A stretch of DNA of 63,958 bases, the filler included, from Chiloscyllium plagiosum (taxonomy: Eukaryota), in NCBI RefSeq assembly GCF_004010195.1. It is 4 parts of 2 records of this genome, joined end to end, with 100 filler letters (N's around TTAATTAATTAA, not from the genome) between each part and the next. Parts side by side here need not be neighbours in the genome. Positions count along the whole stretch, not along the records: positions 23,991 to 55,371 come from NC_057713.1; 3 more parts are not named here. The stretch is one strand, 5' to 3'. The position numbers and the translations under genes were made by a program. Of this stretch, positions 24,506 through 38,690 are shown piece by piece (the stretch's first letter is position 1; the number at the start of each line of letters is the position of its first letter). Below the pieces are notes generated by a model that had not been told where the DNA came from, did no database searches, and saw only the letters and a program-made list of their open reading frames with translations.

Positions 24506-26429
24506 AATGGCCAAGTATGAGACCCTTCACTGAAATACCACTGCTGGAATGAAAGTTGCCATTCCTTGGCGCCATCTCGCCTCCATTGACACCTTTGCCA
24601 CTATGAATCCCTGATGGATCTCACCAATGCAGATGCAACCAATACTGCCAGGTACCACACTGGCTCAAATTTGCCTCTGCCACCACCATGATTGTGATTT
24701 GAACCACCTCGCCGATTCAGCCACTGCTGATGCCACCCAGCCTCATACTGAACCCAAACTCATCTTTGCACCACTTCCATGAATCTTCGCTGGAAGCAGA
24801 CGCCACTGGGAACCCAAACTCAGCTCTGCCACAGCAGCCACGAGTTGGCATGAGGATCACCTCGCTGATACAAAGGCTGCTGGGAACTGAAACCCGCCTC
24901 CAATGCCATTAAAAGGAGTCCACACTGGGTTCACTTGCTGCTGCTGATACCATTGCTGAAACCAAGTTCTTCACCAAAAGGTAAGTAAAATAACATAGAA
25001 GAATTTTTTTACAAATCGAAGGGAGCAAAAAAGAAAACAAACATAAAGAAAAGTGAACAAATCAGACGATGCCCACGCTCAGAAGCCCTATTCCATTGCC
25101 ATCTTATCAGAAGTGATCAGGTAAAGCAGACATAGCAAACATAAGGCAGACTGTGGAATCATCAGATTAATAGCAGATATTTTAGACATCACTATAATAT
25201 TCATTACAACGGTATAGGATCAACATTAAGCATATTTATTTGAAAAGGAGGAAAGCTGTAGAGTGTACAAGCATGTGTGAATGGATGAGAAGACTACTTA
25301 TAAATAACCAATTTTACAAAACAATTTGTACTTGACTTCAGAGTTGTTAAGAGGAAGGGAGGTAGGTATTAGAGAGGTGTGGTGGTTTAGTACTCAGCTT
25401 TACATTTTGATTTATAGCAATGCAAATGAAAAAGTTTAATGTAGAATCGTATTAAAAAACGTAACACTATACCAACATTAATATATTCAAACGTAAAACA
25501 AATGCCACATCAAACTATAGTCTGAATTTTTAAAAGATAATTACAAGATTCTTAGATACATAGTAAACAAAATTCATGATCAGTTGTGTTACTTTTGTGT
25601 ATGTGTCAGGGAGGGGGAACAATCAAGGGTAGTCAGCAGGATCTGCTCGATGGTAAACTGACTGGTCTTTCAGAAATGTCTGATAATAGAGATAAAGGGA
25701 ATGATATGGAAGTCCTGTTTCTGTGTTTTCAATATTTTCAGTGCATTTTAGGAAGTTTGCTATATATGTAATTATAAATATAACAGCAGAGTTGGAAAGT
25801 TGGTTGACAAATGAGAAAGGGTAGGGTTAATGGGTGTTGCTCAGATTAGAGAGGTGTCATGAACAGCTGACCATGGGGCTAATTGATGATTTCACTTTGG
25901 CGCAACTAATTCATCTTCCTATGTTTTGCTATACATTCTAAATTTTAAAACTGGCAGTAAAAGACTATGTTGGGGAGAAAAAGCAGACATTTTTAAAAAT
26001 ATAAAATCAGTATGAATCACAGAATAACAATTTTAAAAATGGGACTTGTCTTATTGTCTTCATGCTACCCCTGTATTGGTGGTGTTATAAAAAGATGTGT
26101 CATCCAAAACAAACCAAGAAGAAAATTGCTATTATTCTTAAACCTCACAGCAGCATAACAGTTCTCCAAGTGCAGTACATGGGTAGGCAATGGGAGAACA
26201 TATTCAAAGGAAGTGACAATGAAGAAATCTAAGGATCATTAAAAAATATATATATGTATTTCCATACAGGAAACCTTCCATCTGATAGGTTTGCACAGAG
26301 TGGCTGTATTTGCCAAAATGAAAGCAGTCAGCTGAGAAGGTGCAACATCCACTGCTTTGTCTGGGCCCACTTCGCAACCAGTTCAGCTTTGTATAACTGC
26401 TCACCTATTCCAATGACCTTCCAAACAGT

Positions 26430-27272
26430 CAAGTTACAAGTTCCGGCACACAAGTCTTCAGTACAATTGCTGAAATATTGTCAGAGCCCATAGTCTTTAC
26501 AGTGTCAGTGCCTCCAACTGTTTCTTGATATCACATGGAGTGAATAGAATTGGCTGAAGTCTGGTATCTGTGATGCTGGGGATCACTGGAGGAGGCCAAG
26601 ATGGCCACTTGGCACTTCTGGTTGAAGATTGCTGAGAATATTCCGTGCTTTATCTTTTGACTTACATACTGGGCTCTTCCATCATTGAGAATGTGGATGT
26701 TTGTGAAGCCTCCTTCTCCAGTGAGTTGTCCAAATGTTCATGACTGGGTGTGGTAGGCTGCAGAGTTTAGAACCGATCTGTTGGTTATGGAATCGCTTAG
26801 CTCTGTCTATCATGCTGCTTATCCTGCACAAGTAGACCTGTTCGGTAGCTTCAGGAGATTAACACCTAATTTTCAGTGATGCTTGGTGGACCTGGCATGC
26901 CATCCTGTACTCACCACTGAGCCAAGGGTGAGCCCCTTGGCTTGACAGTAATGTTCGAGTGGAGGATATGCCAGGCCATGAAGTTGCAGATTGTAGAGTA
27001 CAGTTCTGCTGATGAAGCCCTCAGCAGTCATGGTCTGTCTCATTCAGCACAGTGATAGTGTCACACAACATGATGGACGGTGTTTTCAATGAGAAGACAG
27101 GACTTCATCTCCACAAGGACTATGCAGTGGTCCCTTTTACAAATACTGTCATGGACAGATGAATCTACAGTCAGCAGTAAGGATGAAGTCAAGTACCAGT
27201 CAGTCAAGAACAAACTTCTTGTGGGTTCCTTCATCACCTGCTGCAGACCCAGTCTAGCAACTATGCCCTTTA
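26430..27272 (-). mobile_element. Degraded LINE (CR1-group, second family), endonuclease and linker region
   Basis: Minus-strand LKGIVARLGLQQVMKEPTR. Probably the same family as 35670-36295 and 59745-60275. Confidence 0.65.
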
Positions 27273-28212
27273 GGTCATAGAGTCATACAGCACGGAAACA
27301 GATCGAAGAGTGATTTGAGCAATGATGAGGGGGGGGGCTGGAATGAATGGAGCTTTAATCAATGAATGGGGAATGGGAGAATAATGTACAAATTGGAATT
27401 GGGATAATGATAGAACCTGAGTGGGTGGGTGTTTATGAAGATTGAGAAGGACATACAAAATGATGTACAAAAGTGGAGAAATAAATTAAATCTCTGCAAA
27501 AAAAAAGCTCAATAATGCTCTCACAATTCTTTTAACAATTGGTTTCATCTGCCTTACAATATCCTGCTTGTTTAGCTATGTTTTGCTGAAGTTTTCAGAG
27601 TTGATTATTTTTAATTAAAGCATATCTTTTGGTTTTGTTTAGAATATCCACTGTTCACATGCCAATGCTGATACTTGATTTTTAAATGTTCAATCAATGT
27701 AATGCTTTGTAAATATGCACATACTTCAAAATTACCTTTTTTTTATCACTGGTTTCAATAATAGTCAAACCCTGTTGCATAGCAGGTCCTCTGTTGTAGT
27801 TTTATTTAAAAGTTGGTCTCAGGGTTCCAGTGACTAGGAATTATCCCTTGGTATATATGCTGTTAAATTTGGCTCAGTTAATAGTGCCAGTTTGGCTCAA
27901 TCTAGAGGTCAAGTTTTTCTCTGTCGGTACTAACAGTTTACCCACTCACTAATGGCAATTTATGAGTTACTAGTGCCAGTTTAGCTCTGAAGGTGCCAGC
28001 TTGACTCAGTTGTTAATACTTTTATTTATGTAAGAAAACTGTGAGTTTAATCTCCACTTCAGGAACTAAATTAAATGAGGAAATGCTATCATGTTTACGG
28101 TACCACTGTTGTCCTTTCTTCCTGTTCAGGTAAATCTAAAATATTTAAGGGAGGGCAGCAGAATTCCTCTGGTGTCCAAGGTAACACTGCCTGCTTAAAC
28201 CAACTTCACTTA

Positions 28213-28380
28213 AAACAGAAATTGCTTGTGAAACTTGGTAGGTTTGACATCATCTGTGGGGAGAACGCAGAGTTAACCTCTTCATCAGAGTCACTGGACT
28301 CAATGCTCTGATGAAAAGGTTAACTCTGTGTTCTCCCCACAGATATTGCCAGACCTGCTGTGTTTCTCCAGCAATTTGAG
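28213..28380. mobile_element. Older fold-back Penelope-tail element
   Basis: Inverted atctgtggggagaacgcagagttaac / gttaactctgtgttctccccacagat around an inner inverted tcatcagag / ctctgatga. Confidence 0.7.
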
Positions 28381-28400
28381 TTTTTTGATTTTGATTGCCA

Positions 28401-28666
28401 GCAGGCATGGTGGCACAGTGGTTAGCACTGATGCCTCACAGCGCCAGAGACCTGGGTTCAATTCCTACCTCAGGCGACTGACTGTGTGGAGTTTGCACAT
28501 TCTCCCCATGTCTGCGTGGGTGTACTCTGGTTTCCTCCCACAGTCCAAAAATGTGCAGGTCAGGTGAATTGGCCATGCTAAATTGCCCATAGTGTTAGGT
28601 GAAGGGGTAATGGGTCTGGATGTGTTGTGGGCCGAGGGGCCTGTTTCCACACTGTAAATAATCTAA
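28401..28666 (+). mobile_element. HE1-type SINE
   Basis: A/B boxes, V-domain and taatc tail. Confidence 0.92.
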
Positions 28667-31600
28667 TTTGTAATTCTTCGTTATATTCCTTAAACCAGAT
28701 TTGTTTAAGGTTTTTTTGCAGCATCTTCCATGTGAAATTTAATCCCATAAGCTTTCCTTTAATTTTCCCATTTTTGCCATTAATTTTCATTCAATTGAAT
28801 TCCTCTCTCCCTGCCCTCGACCTTCATTTTCCTTTCCATGTTGCCTATTTTTGTTTATCTTTCTGTTTCACTAGCTTACGCCACATCTTAGTTCTGAACT
28901 GAATAAGAAAAAAGCCAAAGAGGAAGTAAATGAGACCCAGACTTGAGTCAGGATCCAACCATTCTCGGCAAAATAGAAATCTTAAATGTCGAGCTTAAGT
29001 GCTGTTTCTTTATGACCAAGTTCTGAATCAATTTTGAATGATCAGATGATTTTTCTGAATAATGTACGTAACAGAAATTTTATGATCTCTGAATGACTAT
29101 GCTTTGAATTAAAGTAAAAACTATTGTGTAATGGTTTTTTCCTTCCCTCTTGAAAGTACTGACTCATGCTGGAACACAGTGCTGCATCACTCACATAGCT
29201 GCTCTTTGCTTTTAAGTTTAGATAGGAAATGTAAGCTATGTGATTACATATGAAATCACAGCCAAATTAGGGCTGTACTATGTACAGTTCTGTCCCAGAT
29301 CTGTCAGGAACTAGACTGAGACACTCACGTAAGGGCTTTTAACTGAATACAATAGTAAAGAGGACTTTCATATAATTTTGGGCTGTATACAAAGCCAGGA
29401 ACTAGGGATGAAAGTATAGTGTGTAACCACATATCCGCCAATAATTTCTAAATTTTAGTTATAAAACACCCTCACAAACAATAACCCACCAATGTTTTTA
29501 CTCACTACTTAAAACATATCTATACAATAAGCAAACTTAACCCAAGTAATATGGAAAGGCTTTGCTTTTAATATCCAACAAAAATAGATGGTTTTAGCTT
29601 TTGACCCATTAACTGGATTATAGTTCCCATAAGATGTTTCATTCACTTTAATATATTACTTAGCATGTTAACTTTGAATGAGTTAACTTCTGCATTTAAT
29701 GAATTGCAGAAGGAAGGAATGCACTAGCCAGTATACTAAGACTTGGAGAAAGTTAGAATAAAGAGTAGGAAGAAGAATCAGTTTAATAGGAATTCTTCTT
29801 TACTCTTTCTGCATTCACCTGGAGGCACCAAGGTCTTGTCGATTATATCTCAGCTCATCTAAAATATTAAGGCAAAATTTATACCATACTGCAGCAACTT
29901 TTATACATGGTATGGTAGTGAAAGGTAGCACAGGAAATGTGGTGTGTGCCTGTTTTAATCTTTGATTTGGAACTTCCGGAACACAGTGTCCGATCCCATG
30001 GAAATCTTGCAGTCTTGGTTTTCCTGCCATTTCTCCCCGATCCATACTTAATAGCTGGAAAGACTTAGATGTACTCACATTTTCCTGCTATACATTCCAT
30101 TCAACTGCTCCATCCCATAAGTCACAAATCATTAACTCATTTTGTGACATTAAGCCATTGAGCGTGGTGAAAAGGCAATGATCTTCATCAAAACATGCTG
30201 TAGGCAATTTCACTGCATTGCTCTCATCTGTGAGTAAACTACTTGCCAATTATAGGATCATAAAACCCTTGGTAGAAAATGGGCTACTTAACCCATTTTA
30301 CTTATAGAGCTGTTCGACTGTCTAAAACAGATGGCTTCTATTTCCCATAACTCGTAGGTTTTTGTTTCCCATAAATACAATAGTAATTTGCATTTACGCG
30401 GTGCCTGCATTATGGAGAAGAGTGCCAAAAGTATTTTATAAATACACAAATCAAACAGAGATATTAGTACAACTCCCAAAATCTTTGTCAAATTAGTAGA
30501 TGATGAAGAGGACTTTAAGAGAATGGATTAATGTAAAGAGGCAGAGTGGATTAGGGAAAACATTCTAGAGCATCCTGTGTTGATTGGTGGCACAGCCATC
30601 AACTGTATGACAATAAATTTTGGCAAGTATGAAAAAGATGGTCCAGGCCAATGGAATTGTTGAGAGTGTATTCCACTCTCCGAGTATTTATCTACCACCT
30701 CTTTAAATGTTGATGAGCTATCTGTGATAACATACTTTGCATTCTAATAACTTCCCTTTGTAATCTCTCCTCAATCTGCAGTTTATGGACTTTTACTACT
30801 GAGGAGGTGGACAGATCCTAGCAATTTGTAGACTCGCCAGACCCACTTTCATTTGAAGAGCCTCAAATCGCGCTACTTTGTTCTGTGGACATCAGTGCAG
30901 GATTGGCTCAGGCCAGCCAACCCTGGAAGCAGATCTTGGGGGGAATCAAGAGGCAGGTAGGTGTTGAGGTGACCTGGTTAGTATGCCCATCTAAATTCTC
31001 TGAGAATTTGTCTCAATTGCAAAGAAAATAGTTAAGTCCTCTTTCCCTTATCCCTTACCCATGGCTGCTCATGATCTTCATGTCAACTCAAGTACCTCAA
31101 GCCACTCTCCACAGCCCCTCATACTTTCTATGCCAACTCATTGCAAAACCATGCCCTTCCATGTCAATTTACCATCAATGGCTATCAATGGAGCAAATAT
31201 CAGCAATTCAGTTCTCTTAACACCACAGAATCCCGACTGAGCTCACACTTTCATTAGTCTGGGCTCTCATCCAAACACGCAATATGAGGCCAGGTAGAAA
31301 CCAATGTAGAAAATCTGATAGTTTGATATTGTAAGGGTATCTACAAGTTAAATAGTCTAAGAACTGTACGTTAAGAATATTATCTGTAAGTCTGCAACAG
31401 GGAAAAAATATCCTTAGACAAAATTTCAGTTGTTTTGCTGCTCACTGCACATGCACATTCACCAGCAGAACATACATTCAAACTACATCTTAAAATGAAA
31501 CCCAAAAGTTGAAAAGTACACTCCAACCGGATGCACTATTCAACAGTTAACAGTATTCAGTAGGTAAATAATTGAAAATTTGAATTAAGCTATCCAGTGC

Positions 31601-32129
31601 ATCAATCACCTGTTTAATGGATCTGTTAGCAGAATATGACAAACTTGGAAGACACTGACAGTAGAGTTTGAAGTAAGTGACTTTCACCACCATTACAGTG
31701 GTATTTTTAATTTTCAGATTGGTTGCACTAACCCTACAGCAGTTAATACAGTGGTAGGTGTGGGTGTGGGAGTTGAATGGTGCTGTTGACTGTCTATAGA
31801 TTACACAGAGGAGTGCAATTGCATCATTTTGATCCTTAGATCTAGCCAAACTGCCTGCTCTGTGTGTGTGTGGGGGGGGGTGGGGTTGGAATTTGTTAAT
31901 TATTGGCACAAGGGGAAGGTCCAAGGGTGATCACCACACTTCGATTCCCCATTCTTGACCTCACAATTGAGACTCTGAACTCCCCTTGCCAGAGTCTGCC
32001 TGATTGCCTCTGGTGAAACCACACCACTTAGCACCGAGACAGCATCTATGCTGTTTCTCATGGTGCAAAGTACTACAAATGAACACCAGTTCTGCACATT
32101 TCTTTATGGGTCTCTCATAAATAGCTGCA

Positions 32130-32470
32130 CTGAAACAATAAGGGTTACTGCTTGATCAATGTATGATTGGTGTCTAATCACACACGAACGTTATATTGGT
32201 GAAAACCGCTATCCTGGCAGCAACCACAACGCCTTCATCCTGAGGCAGTCAACTGTACCTGTCCCCTTTGGACCACCATGACAAACAAGAGGCTGTTTAC
32301 TGAGGTACAAGACATACACCAGATTCATGGTACCCTTCTGCCATGAAACCAGATTATGACACAATGGAGCTGCAAGTAACATCCTTGAGCAAACCGTCAG
32401 TGTCCTGTAGCCTGGGCCACATTCTCCAGCAGGCTTAAGTGAATCTGGCAGTCTATCTTCTGTAGTTCTT
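32130..32470 (+). mobile_element. Harbinger transposase remnant
   Basis: NNKGYCLINV*LV...RYPGSNHNAFILRQSTVP...SNILEQTVSVL. Confidence 0.85.
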
Positions 32471-32759
32471 TTCTATTTCCTCCTGTTAAGGTCAACCTTA
32501 TCCTCTACTGGAGAGGGAAGTATAACAGAGAGTTGTTGCAATGCATTTAGGTGGTGTCTTCCATGGGGAATAACCGGAGGTATCTAGAGGCAGTGTATAT
32601 GAAGCTGGCAGAATTGAAAGACATGTAAGGGTGAGTTGGAGTCTGAGATGTGTGTAGTAAACACTACTGATAGCTGAGCGATGGGCTTGCAATATATTGA
32701 ATAATAGGTGTAATAGGTAAAAGATGTGACATGCAAATGCATTGACTAGCCTTGGACAT

Positions 32760-32965
32760 CTATGTAATTATTAGACCTTTTGCAACATTGCTGCCAGATC
32801 CTCTTGGACAGACACTAGGAACTGGCCTTCAGGAAGTAGTGAAGTACCTGCCTTTTCAGGTTTTGCCTTGAGATCCTGCTGGTCCACTGTGGAAATATTG
32901 CCTCCTTGCTCCTTTCCATCTTCTGTACTAACAATGTTGCGCTGAAAGATCTGAGAGACCCCTTC
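32760..32965 (-). mobile_element. Harbinger Myb/SANT-like second ORF remnant
   Basis: LLVQKMERSKEAIFPQ...RQNLKRQ...KRIWQQCCKRSNN, resembling the RTW.QCRK.FNDL motif. Confidence 0.6.
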
Positions 32966-35669
32966 TTGCCTATCACTATCGCAGTCGACTACTCTATTTT
33001 CTGTCCTTCTCCTTGTAGCTATTTATTCTACAGAGAGTAAATAGCAGCTTTCAAATGTGTAGTGCTGCTCTTCTTTAAGAGAGACAGCTACCCTTTAAGA
33101 TGTGCAATCTAGCTGAAACACATGCATTCTGCTTGGTGCCCCTGTTGAGCATGCAGTCAGCCAAAACTACTTTGCATGTTGGCTGAAATCATTCACATTA
33201 GGAGACATGAGGAAGTTTTCATATAGCCTGTTTCAGCGAGATGTGGTAGAGTCATGCAAATCATGAACCCATGCCCAAAAACAGGAGTATTGAATTATTC
33301 CCCCAAAAATGTTCATCACTGATCCCTTTCTATACTCTTCTGAATTCTCTAATTGCAGTTGATTTATGACAACTTCAGACATCATTTTGTTGTTTTTCTT
33401 TATTTCAACACAATCATTTTCTATGCACTCCATCAGATTTAACCAAATAGCAACCAGAGAATAAATGAAGACTAGCAATTTTAGAACTTAATTTTTTTTC
33501 TATTCATTCAGAGGATAAAGAGTTTGCTGGCTCAGCCAGCATCTATTGCCCATCCCTAATTGCCCCCCAAAAAGTGATAGTGAGCAAAAACAATGAAATA
33601 TTCCCCAAAAAGCTAGTAAAACAAAATAATAAAAATATCTCTATCTTCGGAAAAGCTCCTTTATAGACTGGACATCATAAGCATTGAGAAAATGTGCAAT
33701 TATTTCTTTAAACCATATTTTGGTACGTTTGCATATAGTGAACAGAAAACTACAAAAAGATAGCAAGAGTTGAGTGAAACATTAGTCAAGTTGGTCCTTG
33801 ATCTATTTCCCAAGCCACATGCACATTTTCAATGATCACAAAATCTACCTGGTATTCAGGACAGGTCACAAGAACTAATGCTGTTGAGAGTGCAGGGTTT
33901 GTATTTCAGATTCTACATCAGGGAGATGGCCTCACTGATTGAAATACTGTGGACCCCAAGAGGCATCTTGGGAGTAGCTCAGAGAAAATCTGTCTTACTT
34001 AACTTCTCATAGCTGGTTGGAAAAATGACACTGGCCAAAGCCTGGGGAATAAAGATGTCATTTGCTCTTCTAGCCCAAGAATGGTGCAAAAAGGACACCT
34101 GGTGAGGGAGATCCTAAACCGTGTCCAATTCTCTTGAGTATTTCACACTAACTAACAGGAAATAACTATCAAGATGGCCAAGAAATTACATTATAAATCG
34201 TGACGTTGGAGCATGAATTGAGAAATTGCAAAGGAGGAAGGGAATTGGTTTTAGTTAAAGTGACTCATGAATGCCAGCATGTAAAATAAGTCAGCTGCTC
34301 AGCAATATGGTTTTCCATGCTCAGTCATGATGAAGCATACTAGGAAATCTAAGATGAGATGAATGGTCCTCTGAGACGGCAGTCACCTAATTGCTTTGGT
34401 TGTCATGGCAACCATTACTAAGAAATGTATAAGCTGACCACTGGTTGACATTTTAGTTGTTAGTAATATAAATATTCCCAGGGTTTTTGGAGTAGACCAT
34501 TCTTTCATCACTGCTTAGCAATCATGGCTTAGCCACATCCCTAGGATGCAATCAGTCTGGCTATTGATACACTGATTCCATTATCCATGCAACATCTGGT
34601 TTCATTGCAGTCTACACCAGCTAACGGTCATACATTATATTACCTTAACAAAGAGTTTCTGTCTTTCAATTAACTTTTTTTTTACTGTAGTCAACACGGT
34701 TTTACTTGACTTGCTTAATGCAAAAAAAATCACGAGGTTCCAGGAATCCCCATATTTGATGAAAAGAAGTGATATTTTGTGAATATGTGAATTTTGCAAT
34801 TTCCTCTCCAAACCACTCACCATCCTAACTTGAATTTATATCAGCATTTCTTCACTGTTTCTGGGCAAAATTCTTGGAACTCTCAGTGTAAGAACACTGT
34901 TACAGTCATTGCAATCCAAGAATTGCAGCAGTTCAAGAAGGAAGCTTATCACCACATTCTCAAGGGCAATTAGGGATGTGCAATGAATACTGGCCCAGCC
35001 AGTAAAACCCACATCCCCTGAATAAATAAAAAATGTTAAGTTCTCAAATTGATCCCCTTCATTTCTTCCTGGTTGCTCACATGGCTGGCCTAAAAACACT
35101 TATTCAGGGAGGGAGGTTGCATGATGAGCCCCTCAAAAGCTAACTTTCACTAGTGAATATCTACATTCAAGACATGGTCAATAAAGGAGTTATGCAGCAC
35201 ACCTAGAATCAGTTCAGCAAGGTTCAATTCTGTTACATTGAGCTTGAAAATAAAAGGTTCATTCAAATTGTAGAGAAGCAAGAGGTTGACAAACTAAAAT
35301 TTAATATAGTTATTTCACTTAAAAATTAAGAGGATTTTGTGGCACAATGGACAGAAGCTCTGGGTTCAAGCCACATATCAGGACTTCATGATCACAGAAG
35401 GTGTCATAACACGGTCAAACAGGTTGTTTATCAATCTATAAATCCTTCCAATATTGCTACAGTAGGTGGTGAGAATAGCAGAGGTTCTAGGTTAGCCAGA
35501 CATGTATGTTGTCTGCAAAGTAACAGCCTTCTTACATTGATAGCCTCCATGTATGAGTTTTTTGCCATGAACACACACTTTCCCATTCTGAGACACTATC
35601 ACAGTCAACATAAAGATTGGAATGTCCTCCTTTCTTTTTGCATTTTTCTTCCATTTGTCAACATCTTGG

Positions 35670-36295
35670 GAGGTACTTGACCAGAAACTGAACTGGACTG
35701 GCCACATAAATACTGTGATTACAAAAGCTAAGAATTGTGCAGTGAATAACTCCCCTCCTGACTCCCCAAAGTCTGTACACCATGTACAATGCACAATTCA
35801 GGAGTGTGATGGAATACTCCCCACTTGTCTGGATTGGTGCAGCTCCAATAACACTGGAGAAATTTAACACCAGGACAAAGCAGCCCGCTTGACTGGCACC
35901 ACATCCACAAAAATTCACTCCCTCCACCAATGACACACAGTAGTAGCAGTGTATACCATTTACAAGATTACTGCAGAAATTCACTGCTCCTTATTGACAG
36001 TAGCTTCCAAACCCATGACCACTACTAACTAGAAGGATAAGGAAAACATACATGGGAACACCAACACATGCAAGCTTCCCCTCCAAGCCACTCACCACGG
36101 AAATATATTGCTGTTCATCAGTATCGCTGGGTCAAAACTCTGGAACTTCCTTGCCAATGGCATTGACAGTCTATTTACAATTACTGGATTGCAGCAGTTC
36201 ATGAAGGCAGCTCACCGTCAGCTTCTCAAGGGCAACCAGGGGTGGGCAATAATGCTGTCCCAGTCAGGAATACACACATCCCTGAATAAGTTAAA
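35670..36295 (+). mobile_element. LINE 3' end (CR1-group, second family)
   Basis: DQKLNWTGHINT, LWNFL...GLQQFMKAAHRQLLKGN and an aataa tail. Short tail copies occur at 34850-35032, 33490-33590 (-) and 42510-42800 (-). Confidence 0.8.
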
Positions 36296-38061
36296 AGAAA
36301 CCCTCTCCTGAAAATGAGTTAGACAATTTTCACACTAAGGCATGTTTGGATGTGAAACCAGTGGCCCAAGCTAAGGGTTGATAATGCTTTCTCTGGGTAA
36401 TGAATAGGTCAGACATACTAGTGACAATGAAGATCACCATTGGCTTTTAGCTTTTATGCCACAAGGGAAGCACAGAAATCAGATGCAGTTCCAAAGAAGC
36501 CACTATTCATTTGAAACATAACTTTGTTTCTTTCTTTAGGATGCTGTGAAGTATCTGCTGAGTTTCTCCAGCACTTTCTGTTTAAACTAGCAGAGATTGT
36601 TTGGGGGAATATTTATTTATAGATGTATGGAATGGGTTTCAAAGGTAAGACTGGTCAAATACAGCATCTTTTAGTGGCTGGTGCACCAGTGCTTCAGGCT
36701 GCACTAGTATTCTCAATGGCAACTTTCGTATACTGCAATGACCCTTCCATCCTTGTATAGATTTAGGTTCAATTTCTTGTGATGCTTCTTTGCAAAGCAT
36801 GTAGCAGCTGGTGGTGGCTACCAGTGTAACCTTAACTTGTTCAATCAACTGAAAGACAGTTTCAAGATCCCATTGGTTTTCTCCCATCTAAACCGTATAA
36901 AAAGATCCATGTTGCAAACCTTTATTCACAGCTATAATTCCTAACTAAATCTCTGAGGAATGTATGGTAAAGCTTTATGATTTTTCACTCTATGCCAAGA
37001 AATGCCTGCCTGGAATGTAAATCAGGATTTCAGGCACCCACCCAAATTCCTGATGTGCTCCCATTGAAGGAGGTTCTATACCAGTAATATCAAATCAGAA
37101 ACCTCCAGATGTACTCAATACTCTCACCAAAGTACTAAGACTGTAAACACTATGCAGTGCAAGACACTCCTAAATGTTCTATGAGCAATAATGGTAGCTT
37201 GCAAAAATCCAAATGAATACCTTGTTTGGAGCTCATACTGAACTGAAAGCCTGGATCTTGCTTGCAGGGCCGAGACAGCACAGCATCAAAAGCTGGAAAT
37301 AATGTATTTTGAAGTATCTCTTTATCCTGCTGAGTCCAAGAATTATAATACGATAGGTGAAGTAAACAACCTTTGTCATAGTTGTATCCCTAACAAATTT
37401 ATCTTTGTGCTTCATCAACTAATGAAGCATGGCAGAGTGCCATTCTGTCTCACACAGGCAAAAATGTCAAGATTATATAAACTGGAGTAAAACTGTACAA
37501 AGTTACTTTTGAGATTAAAATGCTTACTTATTAAAATGAATAAATTAATGCTCTAGTTGGCACATATACATCATTGAGAAACCAAATTTCCAGTTACCTG
37601 TCATTCTAACATTTTAATTATCTGCCCCACTCCCACTCTGACCTTTCTATGCAGCCCTCCTACATTGTTGTAATAAAGCTGAGAGTAAGCTCAAAGAACA
37701 ACACTTCATCTTTAAATTACACAGACGTTATAACCTTTGTGAATCAATATTCAGCTGACCAATTGCAGATGATAATGTCATTTTCATTTTTTTCAGATAG
37801 GAGCAGTTTCTGATGACTTTGGCATTCAGCTTCAGACCTCCTCAGGTGCATAGGGTAGTGGAAACAGATATTTCAATTCAACAGTTTTACAGCAAAAGAG
37901 GAGGCCATTCAGTCCTTTGTTTCTGTAGGGTCTTTGCTTGAAATCCTCCGCCCATCCTGCTCCCTCCATGAACTGCTTTTTCTCTCACTGAAAATATTTA
38001 CCAGCATTTTCAGTTAAAACATGTGATGGCCTGTCTCACCATTACAAACATTGTGTACATT

Positions 38062-38690
38062 TAGAGTCATAGACATGTACTGCATGGAACCAGACTCTTC
38101 AGTCCAACCTGTCCACGCTGACCAGATATCCCAACCCAATCTCGTCCCACCTGCCAGTACCTGGCCCATATCCCTCCAAACCCTTCCTATTTATATATCC
38201 ATCCCAAACATTGTGTACATTTAGAGTCATAGACATGTACTGCATGGAAACAGACTCTTCAGTCCAACCTGTCCACGCTGACCAGATATCCCAACCCAAT
38301 CTTGTCCCACCTGCCAGCACCTGGCCCATATCCATCCAAATGCTTCTTAAATGTTGCAATTGTACCAGCCTCCACCACATCCTCTGGCAGCTCATTCCAT
38401 ACACGTACCACCCTCTCTCCGATAGGAAGGAGACCAGAATTGCACGCAATATTCCAACAATGGCCTAACCAATGTCCTGTACAGCCACAACATGACCTCC
38501 CAACTCCTGTATTCAATACTCTGACCAATAAAGGAAAGCATATAAACGCCTTCTTCATTATCCTATCTAACTGCGACTCCACTTTCAGGGAGCTATGAAT
38601 CTGCACTCAAGGTCTCTTTGTTCAGCAACACTCCCTAGGACCTTACCATTAAGTTATAAGTCCTGCTAAGATTTGTTTCTCCAAAATCTC
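38062..38690 (-). mobile_element. CR1/HER1 3' fragment with internal deletions and a duplicated tail
   Basis: VWNELPEDVVEAGTIATFK...GRWD. A 160-bp-offset duplication starts at 38045 and 38205. Confidence 0.93.
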
